A stretch of 64,000 nucleotides of DNA, taken from assembly GCA_951406725.2 (NCBI GenBank), contig OX597832.1, forward strand, positions 40,362,001 through 40,426,000. Direction: 5' to 3'. The notes below the pieces were generated by a model that searched no databases, was not told the DNA's origin, and saw only the letters and a program-made list of their open reading frames with translations. This DNA is from Octopus vulgaris (lineage: Eukaryota). How positions within the stretch are numbered: the first letter of the stretch is position 1; each line of letters begins with the position of its first letter. A program made the translations under genes and the position numbers. Positions 11,497 through 25,801 of this stretch are shown here, one piece after another.

Positions 11497-12569
11497 CTCT
11501 TTAGCATTTAAAGTGACCATATCTGGCCCGAATATTCTACCTGTTTACTGTTCAAACCAGCCAGATGCAGTATCTTACAGCAATCCTTCATTGTCATTCT
11601 GAAAGGAGTGTGGTTTAGTAGTTAGTGTATTTGGCTCATAATCCTAAGGTCGTGGTTTCAATTCCCAATGGTACAGTGTCTCCTTCTGCAATACACTTTA
11701 TTATTTCTCCCTGCTCCAGACCATTCAGCTGGCAAAAATGAATTATACTTGTATTTTGAAATGGCCAGCCTTGTCACATTCTGTGTCACACTGAATCTCC
11801 CTGAGAATTACAGGTTCACATGTCTGTGGAGTGCTCAGCCACTTGCATGTTAATTTCACGAGCAGGCTGTTTCATTGACCGGATCATCTGGAACCCTTGT
11901 CATTGTAATTGGCAGAGAGCCAGATTCTAAAAATATACAATCACATCATCAAAATTTCAAAGCTACAAGATAATGCATGATTAATTAAAATCATTATGGA
12001 AAAAATCAGCATTACATATAACGAGTTCCATAAATCCTTGAGTATAATCCGCATTTTTTCCCCAAAATTTAAAGGTCAAAATCCCTAGTGTGTACTATAT
12101 ACGAGGTTAAAAATGAAAAATATCTTCTAAGTTATGTCCGAGTCTCTATTTGCTGTCCGGCAATGTTTATTCAGACGCATTTTGTGATGTCGGGCGCGAA
12201 AATATCTTAAGCTAAGCCTGAAAGCAATGAAGTCATAAAAGAATCATTCATAACTTGCAGTAAGCAACATTTTTTTAAATAAAAGTATTCAGAACACAGA
12301 ATAACATGTAACAAAAACAATTTGAAAACATATTTACATTCCCATATAACAGTTAAGAACATCACCATTATTCTATTACACATGCATGGAAGTGTTTGTT
12401 CAACTAGGTGCTGCTGGCTTAATTACGCACAACTCAAGTTAGAGAAGGGGTGCGTATAATGCACAAGGTTTAGGTTTTTTCAGAGGTACAGCCCCCTAAA
12501 AATCCCCTGCGTATTATACTCAAGGGCAGACTATACTCGAAGATTTACAGTAATATGAATGCTAAAGGA
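11497..12569. mobile_element. MITE family B split by a SINE (~11606-11925) and a TIR element (~12028-12550)
   Basis: MITE halves rejoin when the inserts are removed; inner TIRs TAAATCCTTGAGTATAATCCGC / GCAGACTATACTCGAAGATTTA. Confidence 0.65.
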
Positions 12570-12892
12570 TTAAAACAGTAGGAAGGTTTGATTGGTTTGT
12601 TAGATTGGACACTTTTACTGCTAGAGAGATGAAAGAGCAATTTTGTAATCAACTGTCACCTTTCTTTTTACATATTTAAGTATAAGGTTTCCACAGAATT
12701 CCATAGAATTTTAGGAGCTGGGTGAGATATGCCAGACATTCTTCACAGCAAATTATTGGGTTCCCCCACCCTTCCCCACTTAAAATTAGTCAACAGCACA
12801 GGAAAAAGAAAAGCAAAAAGAAAATACAAACATTTATATACAAATACATGCTTGTATACATAAACATATAAATGTGTGTGTGTATAAGTATA

Positions 12893-12938
<46 letters not shown>

Positions 12939-12990
12939 CACACACATAAATATATATATACATATTTATGTATATATCTATGTATGTATG

Positions 12991-13045
<55 letters not shown>

Positions 13046-13275
13046 GCTTAGATAATCTCAGACAGGTTTTCAGACATGAACAGCCTAATGTAAAGGTCAA
13101 CCAAAAACCACCTGGTAAGCGAAACTGATGTCAAGTGACTTCCTGAAACAAGAAACTGAAAGCACTACGAATGCATTCACATACATGTACTTACTTAGGT
13201 ATGTGTATTTGTGTATGTTAGTTTCTGTGTGTATGTGTATGTGTGTGTATATATATATATATGTATATATGTATG

Positions 13276-13326
<51 letters not shown>

Positions 13327-13417
13327 TAAAATATTAGGGAATAAATCCAAACTTACAGGGAAAAATCAGATTTAGGATTAAATCCAATTTTATAGTATAA
13401 ATATATTATATTATATC

Positions 13418-13573
13418 ATATTAAATTAGAGATAAAACCACTATTATCTTTTATTAAACTTTTAATACTTTTGATATATATTTAAAATAATATAAATTAA
13501 TTAATTTTATGTATTGGCTTAAGTTTTTCATTGTTTGATTTGCCTAATAGTGGTTTTATCTCTAATTTAATAT
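13418..13573. repeat. foldback with ~30-bp arms, next to (TA)n
   Basis: ATATTAAATTAGAGATAAAACCACTATTA / TAATAGTGGTTTTATCTCTAATTTAATAT. Confidence 0.85.
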
Positions 13574-13732
13574 AATATATATATATAGTCCACAAATGAG
13601 ATCCAGAGATTCTCAGTATCGCGGACACTTAGCAGTGCTCAAAAGATTCAAACTTAGCCGCCAGTGTTTTTACAGGGGATTAATTCCACAAGGTAAAGAA
13701 AGGCTATAAGAGGGATCAATTTGAGCCGGTAT

Positions 13733-13932
13733 AGAGGCAATTATGAAGATAAACAAATTAGACACATTAAATATATCAGATGTAATAGTTCAAGTATGAA
13801 AAATAAAATATGTATATAAACATATATATGTATATATGCAAAACATATTTTGTATTTTATACCTAGACTGTTATATTTATTATACTTAATACATTTAATG
13901 TGTCTAATTTGTTTATCCACATAATTGCCTCT
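13733..13932. repeat. 200-bp imperfect palindrome
   Basis: AGAGGCAATTATG..GATAAACAAATTAGACACATTAAAT is mirrored at 13893-13932. Confidence 0.85.
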
Positions 13933-15018
13933 CTTCTTCATTCTGTGTGGGTGCATGTGTGTGTGTGTGTGTATGTTTATGTGTGTGTGTGTGTAGTCCA
14001 TCTTGGAACTTATCTGCCTTAAGATGTGAACTGTAAAATCTACTCTACCCTGATGACAGAGGTTCATCTTACCTAATGTTAATTACATCGAAATGGCTGC
14101 ATATTGTGATGAACTACATCAACCAACATTATTATGGATCTCTGAGCCCCTAGAAACAGCTGTTGGGCTTAAAACACCTTTCTTCTACCTTTTTAGTTTT
14201 CTCTGTCATTTGTACTCTTTGTAAGTTGAACCTATTAACATAAATATCTATATATTTCATCATCATCATCATCATCATCGTCATTGTTTAAAGTCCATAT
14301 TTCATGCATGCATGGGTAGGACAGTTTGACAGTAGCTGACTGGGTAGGAAAACTACCCAATGCTACTGTGTCTGTTATGGCAGAGTTTTTGCGGCTGGAT
14401 ACCCTTCCTAACACCAACCACTCTACTGAGTGGACTCAGTGCTTTTTATGTGGCACTAGCACAGGTGAGGTTTGTTTTGGCATGATTTTTACGGCTGGAT
14501 GCCCTTCCAAATGCCAACCACTTTACAGTGTGGACTGGATGCTTTTTACATGGCACCAGCACTAACAGGGTCACCAAGTAACTCACAAGACAAGGAATTA
14601 TGAGAGGGGCAGGGGCATTTGAGGAGGGGAACTCGTATGAAATAACAAAAGGTTAGAGGGTGAGAAAGAGAGAGGCAGAAACAGGTGTCTTGCTATAATA
14701 CATCTACACATTCAGAGCAGTTTGTCAATGGCCCTTCAGCAACAACACAGCCTGATAAGATCAGTGACTACAACTATATTCAGGCCATGACAGACAGAGA
14801 GGATGTTCTTGAAGCCAATAATTTTAAACTTACAGAGACAATATTTATGTTTCCTGAGGAAACACAACTAGATCTCACATAATGCAGGGAAACAGTTGCA
14901 TTGCCAAGTACCTGCACACCTGGAGAAACATGTTGTGTGGAAACAATTGTAGTGATTAAAAAACTAATGTCCAACCATATCCCTTCTTGTTGACTCCAAT
15001 GTTTTCAATTATATATAC

Positions 15019-15051
<33 letters not shown>

Positions 15052-15404
15052 ATCTGTGTGTGTCTTTGTGGTTTGTTTGTAGCCCCACCAATGTTTGGCA
15101 ACTGGTGTTTGTTTGTCTATGCCCACACAGTAAAAAGTGACCGTTAGAATAACTACCAGGCTTAGAAGAAAAAAATTAGTCCTGGGGTCAATTTGTTTGA
15201 CTAAACCCTTCAAGACAGTGCCCCACGATAGCTGCTGTCCAATGACTGATCTAAGTTAAAGATAAAAGATAGAAGATATGTACACACACATGCACATATA
15301 TTTATATACATATAATTATGTATATTCATGTATCTATAAAGGCTCACACATATGCATACACATATTGCATCCCAGATTATTGCATACCAATATATATGCA
15401 CATA

Positions 15405-15718
15405 TGACTGTGGCTGTGAACTGGTTGACCACTCTCCCTATTCTCCTGGTTTGGCCCCACTTGGCTATCATCTGTTCTCCCACAGGGAAAAGCATTTGGC
15501 AGGGAACCAGTATTACAGTGGTGATGACATCATATCTGCTGTTGATGACTTTGTTTACCAGCTGGATGAGAAAGCTTCTTCATCGATGGGATCTGAGCAC
15601 TGTAACACCAATAGAAGAGGTGCCTGGTCCACAAGAAGGACTATGGTGAAGAATAAACCTCATTTGGTCACATTCCATGAGCAGATCTGAGTTAGCCTTT
15701 GAATTTTTCAGGACACAC
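15405..15718 (+). mobile_element. mariner transposase 3' remnant
   Basis: ELVDHSPYSPGLAPLGYHLF resembles the HPPYSPDLAPSDYHLF motif. Confidence 0.8.
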
Positions 15719-16526
15719 ACACATATTTTCATACTATAAAACAAACTTGGGAGACAGATTTTTTTTGTCGGCCCACCAACCCTACGATGACCTCCACCAA
15801 CAACAGCTGCAACATCTTAGTGTATCCTGTTTGTGTGTTATTGTAGTTAAGGGAGACCAATTGATGATAGTATTAGTATGATAAGACACATTTAGATTTC
15901 TAAGACATACTATGTGGCTATTTTTGTTGGCGAATATGTTTACAAAAACAAACTGTAGTTGTTGACAATTTGTAGAGGCCTTTGCTATTTTTGTTGTTTA
16001 GTACCGGGTAAGTCCTGATTTAGTAAGCCTATGAGCAAAAGAATTCTAACTGTGACCGTTCTGTCATTTTTTTTTTTGAGTTTCCAGGACATTATCCAAA
16101 ACATCCTTCTCCTTTTTTTCTTTTTTTTTTTTTTGTGTTATGTTGGTTATTGCTAAATCTCTGGTTGGTTCTGACTGAAAGGCCTGAAAATCAAACCTAT
16201 TCCACTAGTGGCTATCCTATCATTTTTCCTATGTACAGGGAGCCCAGGAACCCACATTATTCAACTTATCATTTTCTAAGATATTAGGGTGTGATTTGGA
16301 TGGAAATTTGGTTGTTATTTTCAGCTTTTTGAACAACCACATAGACTCCTTTATTAACTCATAGGTGGAAGGGTGTTATTTTATGCAATGGGCTTCTTTC
16401 AGTTTCTGTCTACCAAATCCACTCATAAGGCTAAAGACTCTTGCCCGCCCAAGTTGCCACGCAGTGAAACTGAAACTAGAATCATTTTGTTGGGAAGAAA
16501 ACTTCCTACCACCCAGCCACGCCTGC

Positions 16527-16577
<51 letters not shown>

Positions 16578-16615
16578 GTGCATGTATGTATGTATGTATG
16601 CATGTATGTGTTTGC

Positions 16616-16646
<31 letters not shown>

Positions 16647-19334
16647 CATGCATGCATGTATGTATGTATGTATGTATGTATGTATGTACGTGTATGTATG
16701 TATGTATGTATGTATGTATGTATGTATATATGTATGTACGTGTGTGTGTGTATGTATGTATGAAACCAGAACACCCAAATTTCAAGGAAAACCACCGTTT
16801 AGAGACATCGTGGAAACGAATCATGTGTCGTATGATATTATGTACTAGAAGTTGGGGAAAAACATTTGTCACATCTATTTCATTTACTTATATCAAAATA
16901 TTTGTTTATTTCAACAAAAAACTGCGTAAATTATCAAAAAATATTTGCTTATAATTGTTTTTCCCGTAAACGTATTACGGACTTGCATATTTCTTTGAAG
17001 CATTCCTAGTTGTCATTCCAATATTTTATTCGTTGTTTCATATCCTCTAGACACACCTAAATACAAGGGTGTACCCATGTTTTCTAAACTATCGCAAAAC
17101 AGGCGTGATATTTCATGAATTATAGAAATCGGGCAATGTCTGAAAGAAAATAAACAAAATTTATATCGATTTTATCATTTATGAAGAAAAGCTATGCTAA
17201 ATATATTAACAGGAATAAATATGAATAAATAAAGGGCGGGGGAACAACTGCAAAAATATCTTCAACGTATTTAAGTGACATATTGATGTGTTTCGTTACT
17301 CAATCTTTCGAGTTCAAATTCCACCAGAGCCGGACCTTGAGTCAATAAAAATAACTTCCAGTTGATATTATTTGTTGTTATTTAATAGTTCCATGGTCAA
17401 AGAAATTCCAGCCATAATCATCTCGTCCTTCATTCTGACATCGAAAATCTATGGCGGCATTTTACGATATGTCCTTCAATTTTCAAGATGCTAGGGTGTA
17501 ATTTGAAAGCGATTTGGTTGCAACTTTTAGCTTGTCGAACGACAACGAAGTTACTCTGAGGCCTGGCCCTGATAACCCCCAGTTATATTTCTTTTTCTGC
17601 TAAAGATTTTATATTCTCGTACAATACGAACGGTTCTTCCCCCAAATTTGTTTTTAATATTTTCTGATGCGGACAGCAAACGTGTTTCACACAATTGTCT
17701 TGTGTATAGCCAAAATAAATCAATGTTAAACTTTGGAAGAGGTGTAATATAGAACAAAAAAATAAGCTTAACATGAAAATGGCTACAGTATTGGGTTTCA
17801 GTTTCTGGTTGGAATCAATTCACTTTGCTTTCTGGTATTAGCATCAAGAACTAAATCTTCATGGTTTGATGGTTAAGTAGTTTTAGAAGGAATTCTGTTG
17901 TGAAACTCTGGCTTTAATTGATTATAAAAGGGCCTAAATTTCTGAAGAACTATTTCTTTACCAAATTTCCAAAGAACTCTCTCATTTGTCGACAATTCAA
18001 AAACGAATTGACATACTCAGTGAAACAAAGGCAGTGAGCTGACAGAATCATTAGCGCTTAGTAGCATTTCTTTCAGTTACTCTTTTACTTGTTTCAGCCA
18101 TTTAACTGTGGCCATGCTGGAGCACCGCCTTTAGTCGAGCAGATCGACCCCAGGACTTATTCTTTGTAAGCCTAGTACTTATTCTATCGGTCTCTTTTGA
18201 CAAACCGCTAAGTTACGGGGACGTAAACACACCAGCATCAGTTGGCTGCTTTTTACATGCCACCGGCACAGGGGCCAGAGGAGGCTGGCAATAGCTAAAA
18301 AAAACTTCAACAAGGAAAGTTTCCCAGTAGAGAGAAAAAGCTACCTGTAGTAATTCAGGACAACCCTATACAAAGGCCTTAATTACTCTCTCATGTCTAA
18401 AACTTCAAATATTTCCTTTTCCATATTCAGAATATAATCATGAAGTAGTGAGTTTGATTCCCACATGTGGCTGCGTGTTGAGCAAGACACTTTATTTCAC
18501 ATTGCTCCAGTTCATTCAACTGTAGAAATGAGTTGCAACGTCACTGGTGCCAAGTTGTATCAGCCCCTTTACCTTTCCCTTGGATAACATAGGTAGCAAG
18601 GAGAGGGGAGGCTTGTAAGCATGGGCAATTGCTGGTCTTTCATAAACAACCTTGTCTGGACTTGTGCTTTGGAGTGGAACTTTCTAGGCACAATCCCATG
18701 GACATTCATGACTGAAGGGGGTCTTTATCCTTTTATACTAAATATACTAAGTATACTCAGGTAGGTCCATTCAGCCCCTCAAGTCTTGCTACTTTTGTTA
18801 AGTATACTAGAAGGCAGCATTCCCTTTCTACCTTCATCTTTCTCTTCAAATGGTACATAAAGAAAGGGATGAGAGCTTAACCAGTGAAGAAAATACCTGT
18901 TTTCAAAAATTTCAAATGAATTAACCACAGAACTTCTTTTGTTGTGGCCATGAAGCAGAGGAAGATTAGCTACAAGAGTTGGAGCTACATACTTGGCTAT
19001 GTGATTTGCCTGCAGAGCTAGATTTAGGATGAGATGTCTTGCAAATAACTCCAATAGAATTTTTTATTACAAGCAGGATGCAGGAAAAATTGTGAAGAAA
19101 GAGACCCAATAAAATGAAACCCGGAACAAAGAGGGATAGACGACATTGGTGAGAGGTCTTTAATGATATTATGTCCTGTCACGATTTGTCAAGAAATATT
19201 TCAAATTTTTTCCATGTAACAGATTTACTTAGTGATAAGCAGGAACATAAAACTATAGATTTCTTGTTCACATGTGAATTATGATTTTTCAACTGAATTT
19301 TCCAGCTGGTATAATGAAGATGGTAGCCGGAGGG

Positions 19335-19570
19335 TGCAAGCGGCAAGCTGTCAGAAACGTTAACACGCCAGCTGAAATGCTTAGCTGTATTTCGTCTGCC
19401 GTTACGTTCTGAGTTCAAATTCCGCCAAGGTCGACTTTGCTTTCGTCCTTTTGGGGTCAATAAATTAAATACCAGTTACGCACTGGGGTCGATATAATCG
19501 ACTTAATCCGTGTGCCTGTCCTTGTTTGTCCCCTCTATGTTTAGCCCCTTGTGGGTAGTAGGGAAATAGG
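19335..19570 (+). mobile_element. SINE S2
   Basis: Homologous to 4769-5000; GGTAGC.GGAGG target duplication. Confidence 0.8.
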
Positions 19571-20269
19571 TAGCAGGAGGAGGCTGTAAAATGGAAAAAA
19601 TTTGAGAAAAAAGGGCAGTTTTTATTGAAGGATAAGACAAAAGGGTGCACATCGTAGGGATGGTCTAGATTGCTGAATACACTAGTGCTAAGCATACCAC
19701 CCACCATTTCCTTGCCAAAAGAGTCAGCTAAGAGCTGGATTCACCTTTACACATGCTTGCAGCTCATATTTGACATGTATCCAAATATAAGTAATGCAAG
19801 GAGGACATGAAAAGATAGCTTACAGAATGGTTTTGTCACCTAGCATTCATCTCAGACAGGTTAACAGCAACATCGACAATGATAAATTAGTAGATCCATA
19901 TGGTAAAGTTCATTTAAAAATATCCTGTACATTCAGCTATACAATTAAAAATATCCTGTACATTCAGATGTACAAGTACACATGTGTGCCCTTATGTGCA
20001 CTCACACACATTACATATGTATTCACAGCTTGCTGGTGGCAGGTTACTGTGGAGAAGCAATCCATGCAGAAAATAAGAGTTTATTAGAGTGTTCTTACAT
20101 TTCTTTTTCAAGCGCGTAGTCTTATGTAACATTTCACTATATTGCACTAAAACTGTGAACTTAACATAGAACTTAAACAACAGCAGGAAGCAGGGGGAAT
20201 AGGGATGTTAAGGTCAGGCAATAAAACAGGGTTCAAAACATACTTTACATAATCACCCGCCAACAAACT

Positions 20270-20780
20270 GTTTGGTGGAATATAAAAGGTTTAGTCCACC
20301 TTGAACTTTTAAACCCAAACCAAATGATAACAAAGGAGATCTACTGTGAGCAGCTTGAGTGGCTTAAGAGCACTAGAAAAAAAATGACCATCTTTGATTT
20401 CAAGACAAAAAGTGTTCTTCCATCAGGATAATGCTCAGCCACATAGAGCGAAGATGATATTCCAAAGGCTGGAGCAGTGTGAATGGCAAACAATGCCCCA
20501 CCCACCATATTTGCTGGATATTGTTCCCTCTGATTATATTATCGTTTATTCCACAGTCTTCAAAGTCATCTAGACGGCAAAAATATGAATTCTGTAGATG
20601 AGATCAGAACAATACTGGAGGAGTATTTTTCATGACAGACAAGTGAATTTTGGAAAACGGGTCTTGCAAATCTACCAGATAGATGGAAGAGCATTGTAGA
20701 TTAAAAAATAACTTTATCTTAATTTAAAAAAAAAAAAAAAGAAGTATAAAAAAACCCATATTATTTTGGGATGATCCAAT

Positions 20781-20781
<1 letters not shown>
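20270..20781 (+). mobile_element. mariner (DD34D-type) transposase remnant with right TIR
   Basis: FHQDNAQPH..MPHPPYLLDIVPSDY..LPDRWKSIVD; ends ..TTGGGATGATCCAATA. Confidence 0.85.
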
Positions 20782-21270
<489 letters not shown>

Positions 21271-21527
21271 GGTATAAGTGAGAATCTCCTTATTTACCTA
21301 AAACTCTATTCTTTTTTATATATATTTTTTTATTTTTCTATTTTTTTATTTTTTTATTTTATATTTTTTTATTCTTTTATTTATTCTTTTATCTAATTTA
21401 CCACTGACTCCTTGACCACTCCCCCAAGTATGATATTTTGCGCTATGCCTACCCCCAAAAAAGTCCCCCACCACCACCCCTTTAAACCTGCCTAAATGTA
21501 TAAATGCCAATACAATTCTTGTTAACT

Positions 21528-21578
21528 AGCTTCCTGAAGATTTCTCTTGAATGAAACAGTTCTAGTCCTGTAGAAGCT
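21528..21578 (+). ncRNA. type I hammerhead ribozyme with a full stem III
   Basis: AGCTTC-CTGAAGA-TTTCTCTTGAAT-GAAA-CAG-TTCTAGTC-CTG-TA-GAAGCT; GUA cleavage triplet. Confidence 0.8.
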
Positions 21579-21664
21579 CCTTCTATATAATAAATTAATT
21601 TTACTCTGCTATGTATCGAGTACCTTATTTACTGTGGTTAACCCCGAATCAACCCGGGACCTAC

Positions 21665-21701
<37 letters not shown>

Positions 21702-21702
21702 T

Positions 21703-22085
21703 AGGTGCTGTGTGGTAAGTAGCTTGCTAACCAACCACATAGTTCCGGGTTCAGTCCCACTGCATGACATCTTGGGCAAGTGTCTCCTGCTATAGCCCCG
21801 GGCCAACCAATGCCTTGTGAGTGGATTTGGTAGACGGAAACTGAAAGAAGCCAGTCGCATATATGTATATATATATATGTGTGTGTATGTGTGTGTGTTT
21901 GTCTCTCTAGCATTGCTTGACAACCGATGCTGGTGTGTTTACATCCCCATCACTTAGCGGTTCGGCATAAGAGACCGATAGAATAAGTACTGGGCTTACA
22001 AAGAATAAGTCCCGGGGTCAATTTGCTCGACTAAAGGCGGTGCTCTAGCATGGCCACAGTCAAATGACTGAAACAAGTAAAAGAG
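21703..22085 (+). mobile_element. SINE S1
   Basis: GCTGTGTGGTAAG head, internal TA/TG tract, (GTAAAAGA) tail. Confidence 0.85.
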
Positions 22086-22813
22086 TATATATATATATAC
22101 TTACATACAGAGAGAGAGAAAAGAGACTGGGTTTCCAGTATGAAGATAACTTCTTCCCAGACTAAAGATAAAAAAAAAATAGAGACAAAACAAGACTAGG
22201 CATTGTGTGAAATGTGGTCTACAAGTCTGGAGTTCATTGCTTTTGTGACATTTCTATTTTTATCAAAAGAAATCCAAGAAATATCTTAATTTCACTGACT
22301 TCTCAAAACAAAGAAATAATCATCATTCACCTCGGCTTTTTTTGTTGGGGTTTTTTTTTTTAGTTTAAAAGGTTTACGTGAAAATGTTGACTATTTTGGA
22401 ACCGATTCCTTGAAAATTATATGATTTCAAAGACTCCAGTAAAAAAGAAAAACAACAACAGCCTCAACAAAACCAAGTTACAGCAATATTGAGTGGGAGG
22501 GGAATTTATTTATTTTAATAATCATTCTTTCCCATACAAACATACACACACACATACATGCATACATACACACACACACACACTTATATATGTATGTATG
22601 CACTTATATATATATACATACACACACACACACACATATATATATTGTGAGTGGGTGGGTGAGTTTGGAGACAGAGTACGTTTCTGTGAAGGAGGTTGTT
22701 CTTAGAATCTCAAAGAAGAATTTAGATTCTGATAAAAAAAAACCATTATGTATGACCAACTAACCCAGATGGTAGACAGCTGCTAAAAGGCTCCGTCTTA
22801 TATAGCAAAACAG

Positions 22814-22876
<63 letters not shown>

Positions 22877-23033
22877 ATGTGTGTGCACACGAGTATGTTC
22901 CTTGTGGATTCGAAAACTGAGTTGCTGGTTTTGAAATATGAGGCATCAAAAGACAGTTCTATATTTAAGAAACGAAGAATTATGTACATTATTTACAATT
23001 GACGTATATTTGTCCTCATCTTGTTTGTTGCTA

Positions 23034-23077
23034 ACACAACGTTTCGGCTGATATACCCTCCAGCCTTCATCAGGTGT
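23034..23077 (-). ncRNA. minimal type I hammerhead ribozyme
   Basis: Minus strand ACAC-CTGATGA-A-GGCTG-GAGGGTATAT-CAGCC-GAAA-CG-TT-GTGT. Confidence 0.8.
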
Positions 23078-23149
23078 CTTGGAGAAATTTTGAACCTGGG
23101 TTCTCATTCCTAAGGTATTTTTCATTGTTGTTGTTGTTTCTCAAAGTAA

Positions 23150-24330
23150 GCCTTCAATAGTATAGCTGCGTAGTCAAATCTGTAACCAAAAATCTTATGA
23201 CTTACACTCATTGCATGATTCAAAATGTCTAAAAACATTTCTTCAGATCAAAATGGAGTGCTTCTGCTATCAAATGGCTCTTAAATTGATGAGCTTTGAA
23301 ATGGTAATTAGAATTTTAAAAAATGAAGTCATAATATTTTTGCTGAGATAAGATTCAGATTTGGTCAATTTGTGCCACAAAAATTTGTTAGGAAAATTAT
23401 ACTATTTGTTCTATGTTTTTCTAAAACTTAAAGAACTTGATATGTCTTTACAAGGAGAAACTACCATCTTCCCATTTGAATCTCAAATCTAAGTTCTCAT
23501 TAAAAAAAAAGTTAAACATATGGAAATGCAAAATAGAAGGTCATGAATTAGAAATGTTTACATATACAAATGATTTTATTTTTTAATATGACTTGAATTT
23601 TGATTTGAGCAAACAAATAATAATTGATTTGTTGGAGAGACTTGAAAGCAATTTCCAGAAATATTTTGCTAGAATAAGACAATAACAAATTGGATTAGAT
23701 TTGAAATCCATTCATTGTTGAAACAGGGCACATAAAAAACATCTGACATTAAGAGCTCTGGAAGATTATGCAGAAATTCTACATGATTCAACTCTTGGGC
23801 TTAAATTTTCTAAGAAAATCTTAAATGCTGTTGGTTTGGTGTTCATGTAAAATTTTCAATTAGTGACTGAAATCTTTGTACTCATCATAAAAACAAAATA
23901 ATAAATGCGCCCTTTTAAATCCTAGCCAGGCTCATGGGCCCGGTTTCCCGGTTTCTATGGCGTATGTGTTCCCCAGTTGGATGGGACGCCAGTCCATCGC
24001 AGCGTTACTCATTTTTGTCAGCTGAGTGGACTGAGGCAACGTGAAATGAAGTGTTTTGCTCAAGAACACAATGCATCACCCAATCCAGGAATCGAAACCA
24101 CAATCTTACAATCATGATGCTGACACCCTAACCACTAAGCCACACGCCTCCACTGTACTCATCATATTTATGCAAATTAGCATTTTTAGTATTGACTGGC
24201 ACTAAAACAAAAAAGAAAGATCACTGCAGTATTAAGAACATTGAAATTGCTTTGAGACCTGCATTAACTGATATTAAATCAAGATTTGATTTGTTGTAGA
24301 AAAATTAAACTAGTACACCCTTACTAAAGA
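23150..24330 (+). mobile_element. decayed hAT (Buster/Charlie-like) transposase 3' half
   Basis: Broken peptides ELDMSLQGETTIF..KIW..MF and LCKLAF..LTGTKTK..IEIALRPALTDIKSRFDLL. Confidence 0.6.
23890..24153 (-). mobile_element. tRNA-derived SINE (V-SINE-like core) with 13-bp TSD, nested in the hAT remnant
   Basis: TGTACTCATCATA at 23877-23889 and 24154-24166; core CTGCGATGGACTGGCGTCCCATCCA on - strand. Confidence 0.8.
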
Positions 24331-24769
24331 TATTTTCCTTATTTGTAATAAAAAAATTTATTGCTGAAAATTAAGAAATATTAGTTTACTATTGTGCATG
24401 TACAAGTTTCAACTCATTTTTGCCTGAGGGAGAAAAGATTTTCTTTAACACTTTCGCATTCAGATTATTCTATCAAATGTAATGCTTATTTATCCACATT
24501 GTTTTGAATTAATCATGCATTATTTCATTGCTTTGAGATTTCAATGATGTGATCGTTATTTTAAGAATCATTATAGGGTAATATAGGCCAGATCTGGTCA
24601 GTTTGTACATAAAACAGGTAGAATATTTCAGCTGGACGTGGTCAGTTTTAATGCTAAAGGATTGATATTTTTATATTAACACTAATTTTGAATTGGATCT
24701 TTCTTCAGCTTTTGAGATGATATTTTTTGCATGTTTTTTATATTTTGTTTTATATATTATATATATATA

Positions 24770-25091
24770 GGCATAGGAGTGGCTGTGTGGTAAGTAGCTT
24801 GCTCACCAACCACATGGTTCCGGGTTCAGTCCCACTGTGTAGCACCTTGGGCAAGTGCCTTCTACTATAGCCTCGGGCCAACCAAAGCCTTGTGATTGGA
24901 TTTGGTAGACGGAAACTGAACCGATGCTGGTGTGTTTACGTCCCCGTAACTTAGCGGTTGAGCAAAAGAGACCGATAGAATAAGTACTAGGCTTACAAAA
25001 AATAAGTCCTGGGGTTGATTTGCTCGACTAAAGGCAGTGCTCCAGCATGGCCACAGTCAAATGACTGAAACCAGTAAAAGAGTAAAAAGAG
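24770..25091 (+). mobile_element. SINE S1, internally deleted
   Basis: Homologous to 25802-26213 but lacks the central microsatellite segment. Confidence 0.85.
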
Positions 25092-25801
25092 TATATTTTT
25101 CATATTATTTTTTAAAACTCAATTTTTACATATATTTTTTTCAACTCAACATTTTCAGATATATTTTTTTATTTTAAATTTGGCATTTTTAAAACTCAAT
25201 AGCTGCTGATTCTTAACTGAAAAAGCTAACAATTTATTGTTTTTAAAAAAAATAAACTACATATTTATTTTTGTTAAATAAATATGAATAATATTATTTT
25301 ATTCCAAGTTGGCACTTTGTGAATGAAAAGCTGTACAATTTAGTTTCCCTAATACAAAGAAAATGATAGTTAGTTTAAGACTTTTCTTCAAAGAAAAAAG
25401 AATTTTCTCAGAGGTGGTATTTCCTCCAAAGAAAAATCTCTTAAGCAGGGTTTCTAAAGTAGAGGAATTGTTATGTGTTTGGTCTTTCATAGTGAAAGTC
25501 CCCAGGGGTTGATTTCAATGGAATTGTTCAAGGTCCCTCAGGCAAAGAAGGCCTGAAATTCTTTTACCACATAGGGAAGGGGTTCTGACAAATTTCTTTT
25601 AAAAACAGGGGTTGGAATTCAAAAGGTTTTGGAAAGCCTACTCAAAATAGGGACAAAATAAGTGACAACAAATTCCTCTCTCTCTCTCTCTCTCCCTTTC
25701 TCTCTCTCTGCTGTACAGAAAATAAAAATCAGCAGAAGGTACAGCCTCCTTCAATTAGATGCTAGATGTAAAAAAAAAAAAGAATTAAAATGAATAACAA
25801 T

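Noticed and set aside
14833-14920. Minus-strand exon-like segment with AG and GTAAGT signals
   Set aside because: No recognisable protein, no TM character and no partner exons
18779-19054. 91-aa minus-strand ORF considered as a receptor cytoplasmic exon
   Set aside because: No convincing splice sites, Box1 motif or homology
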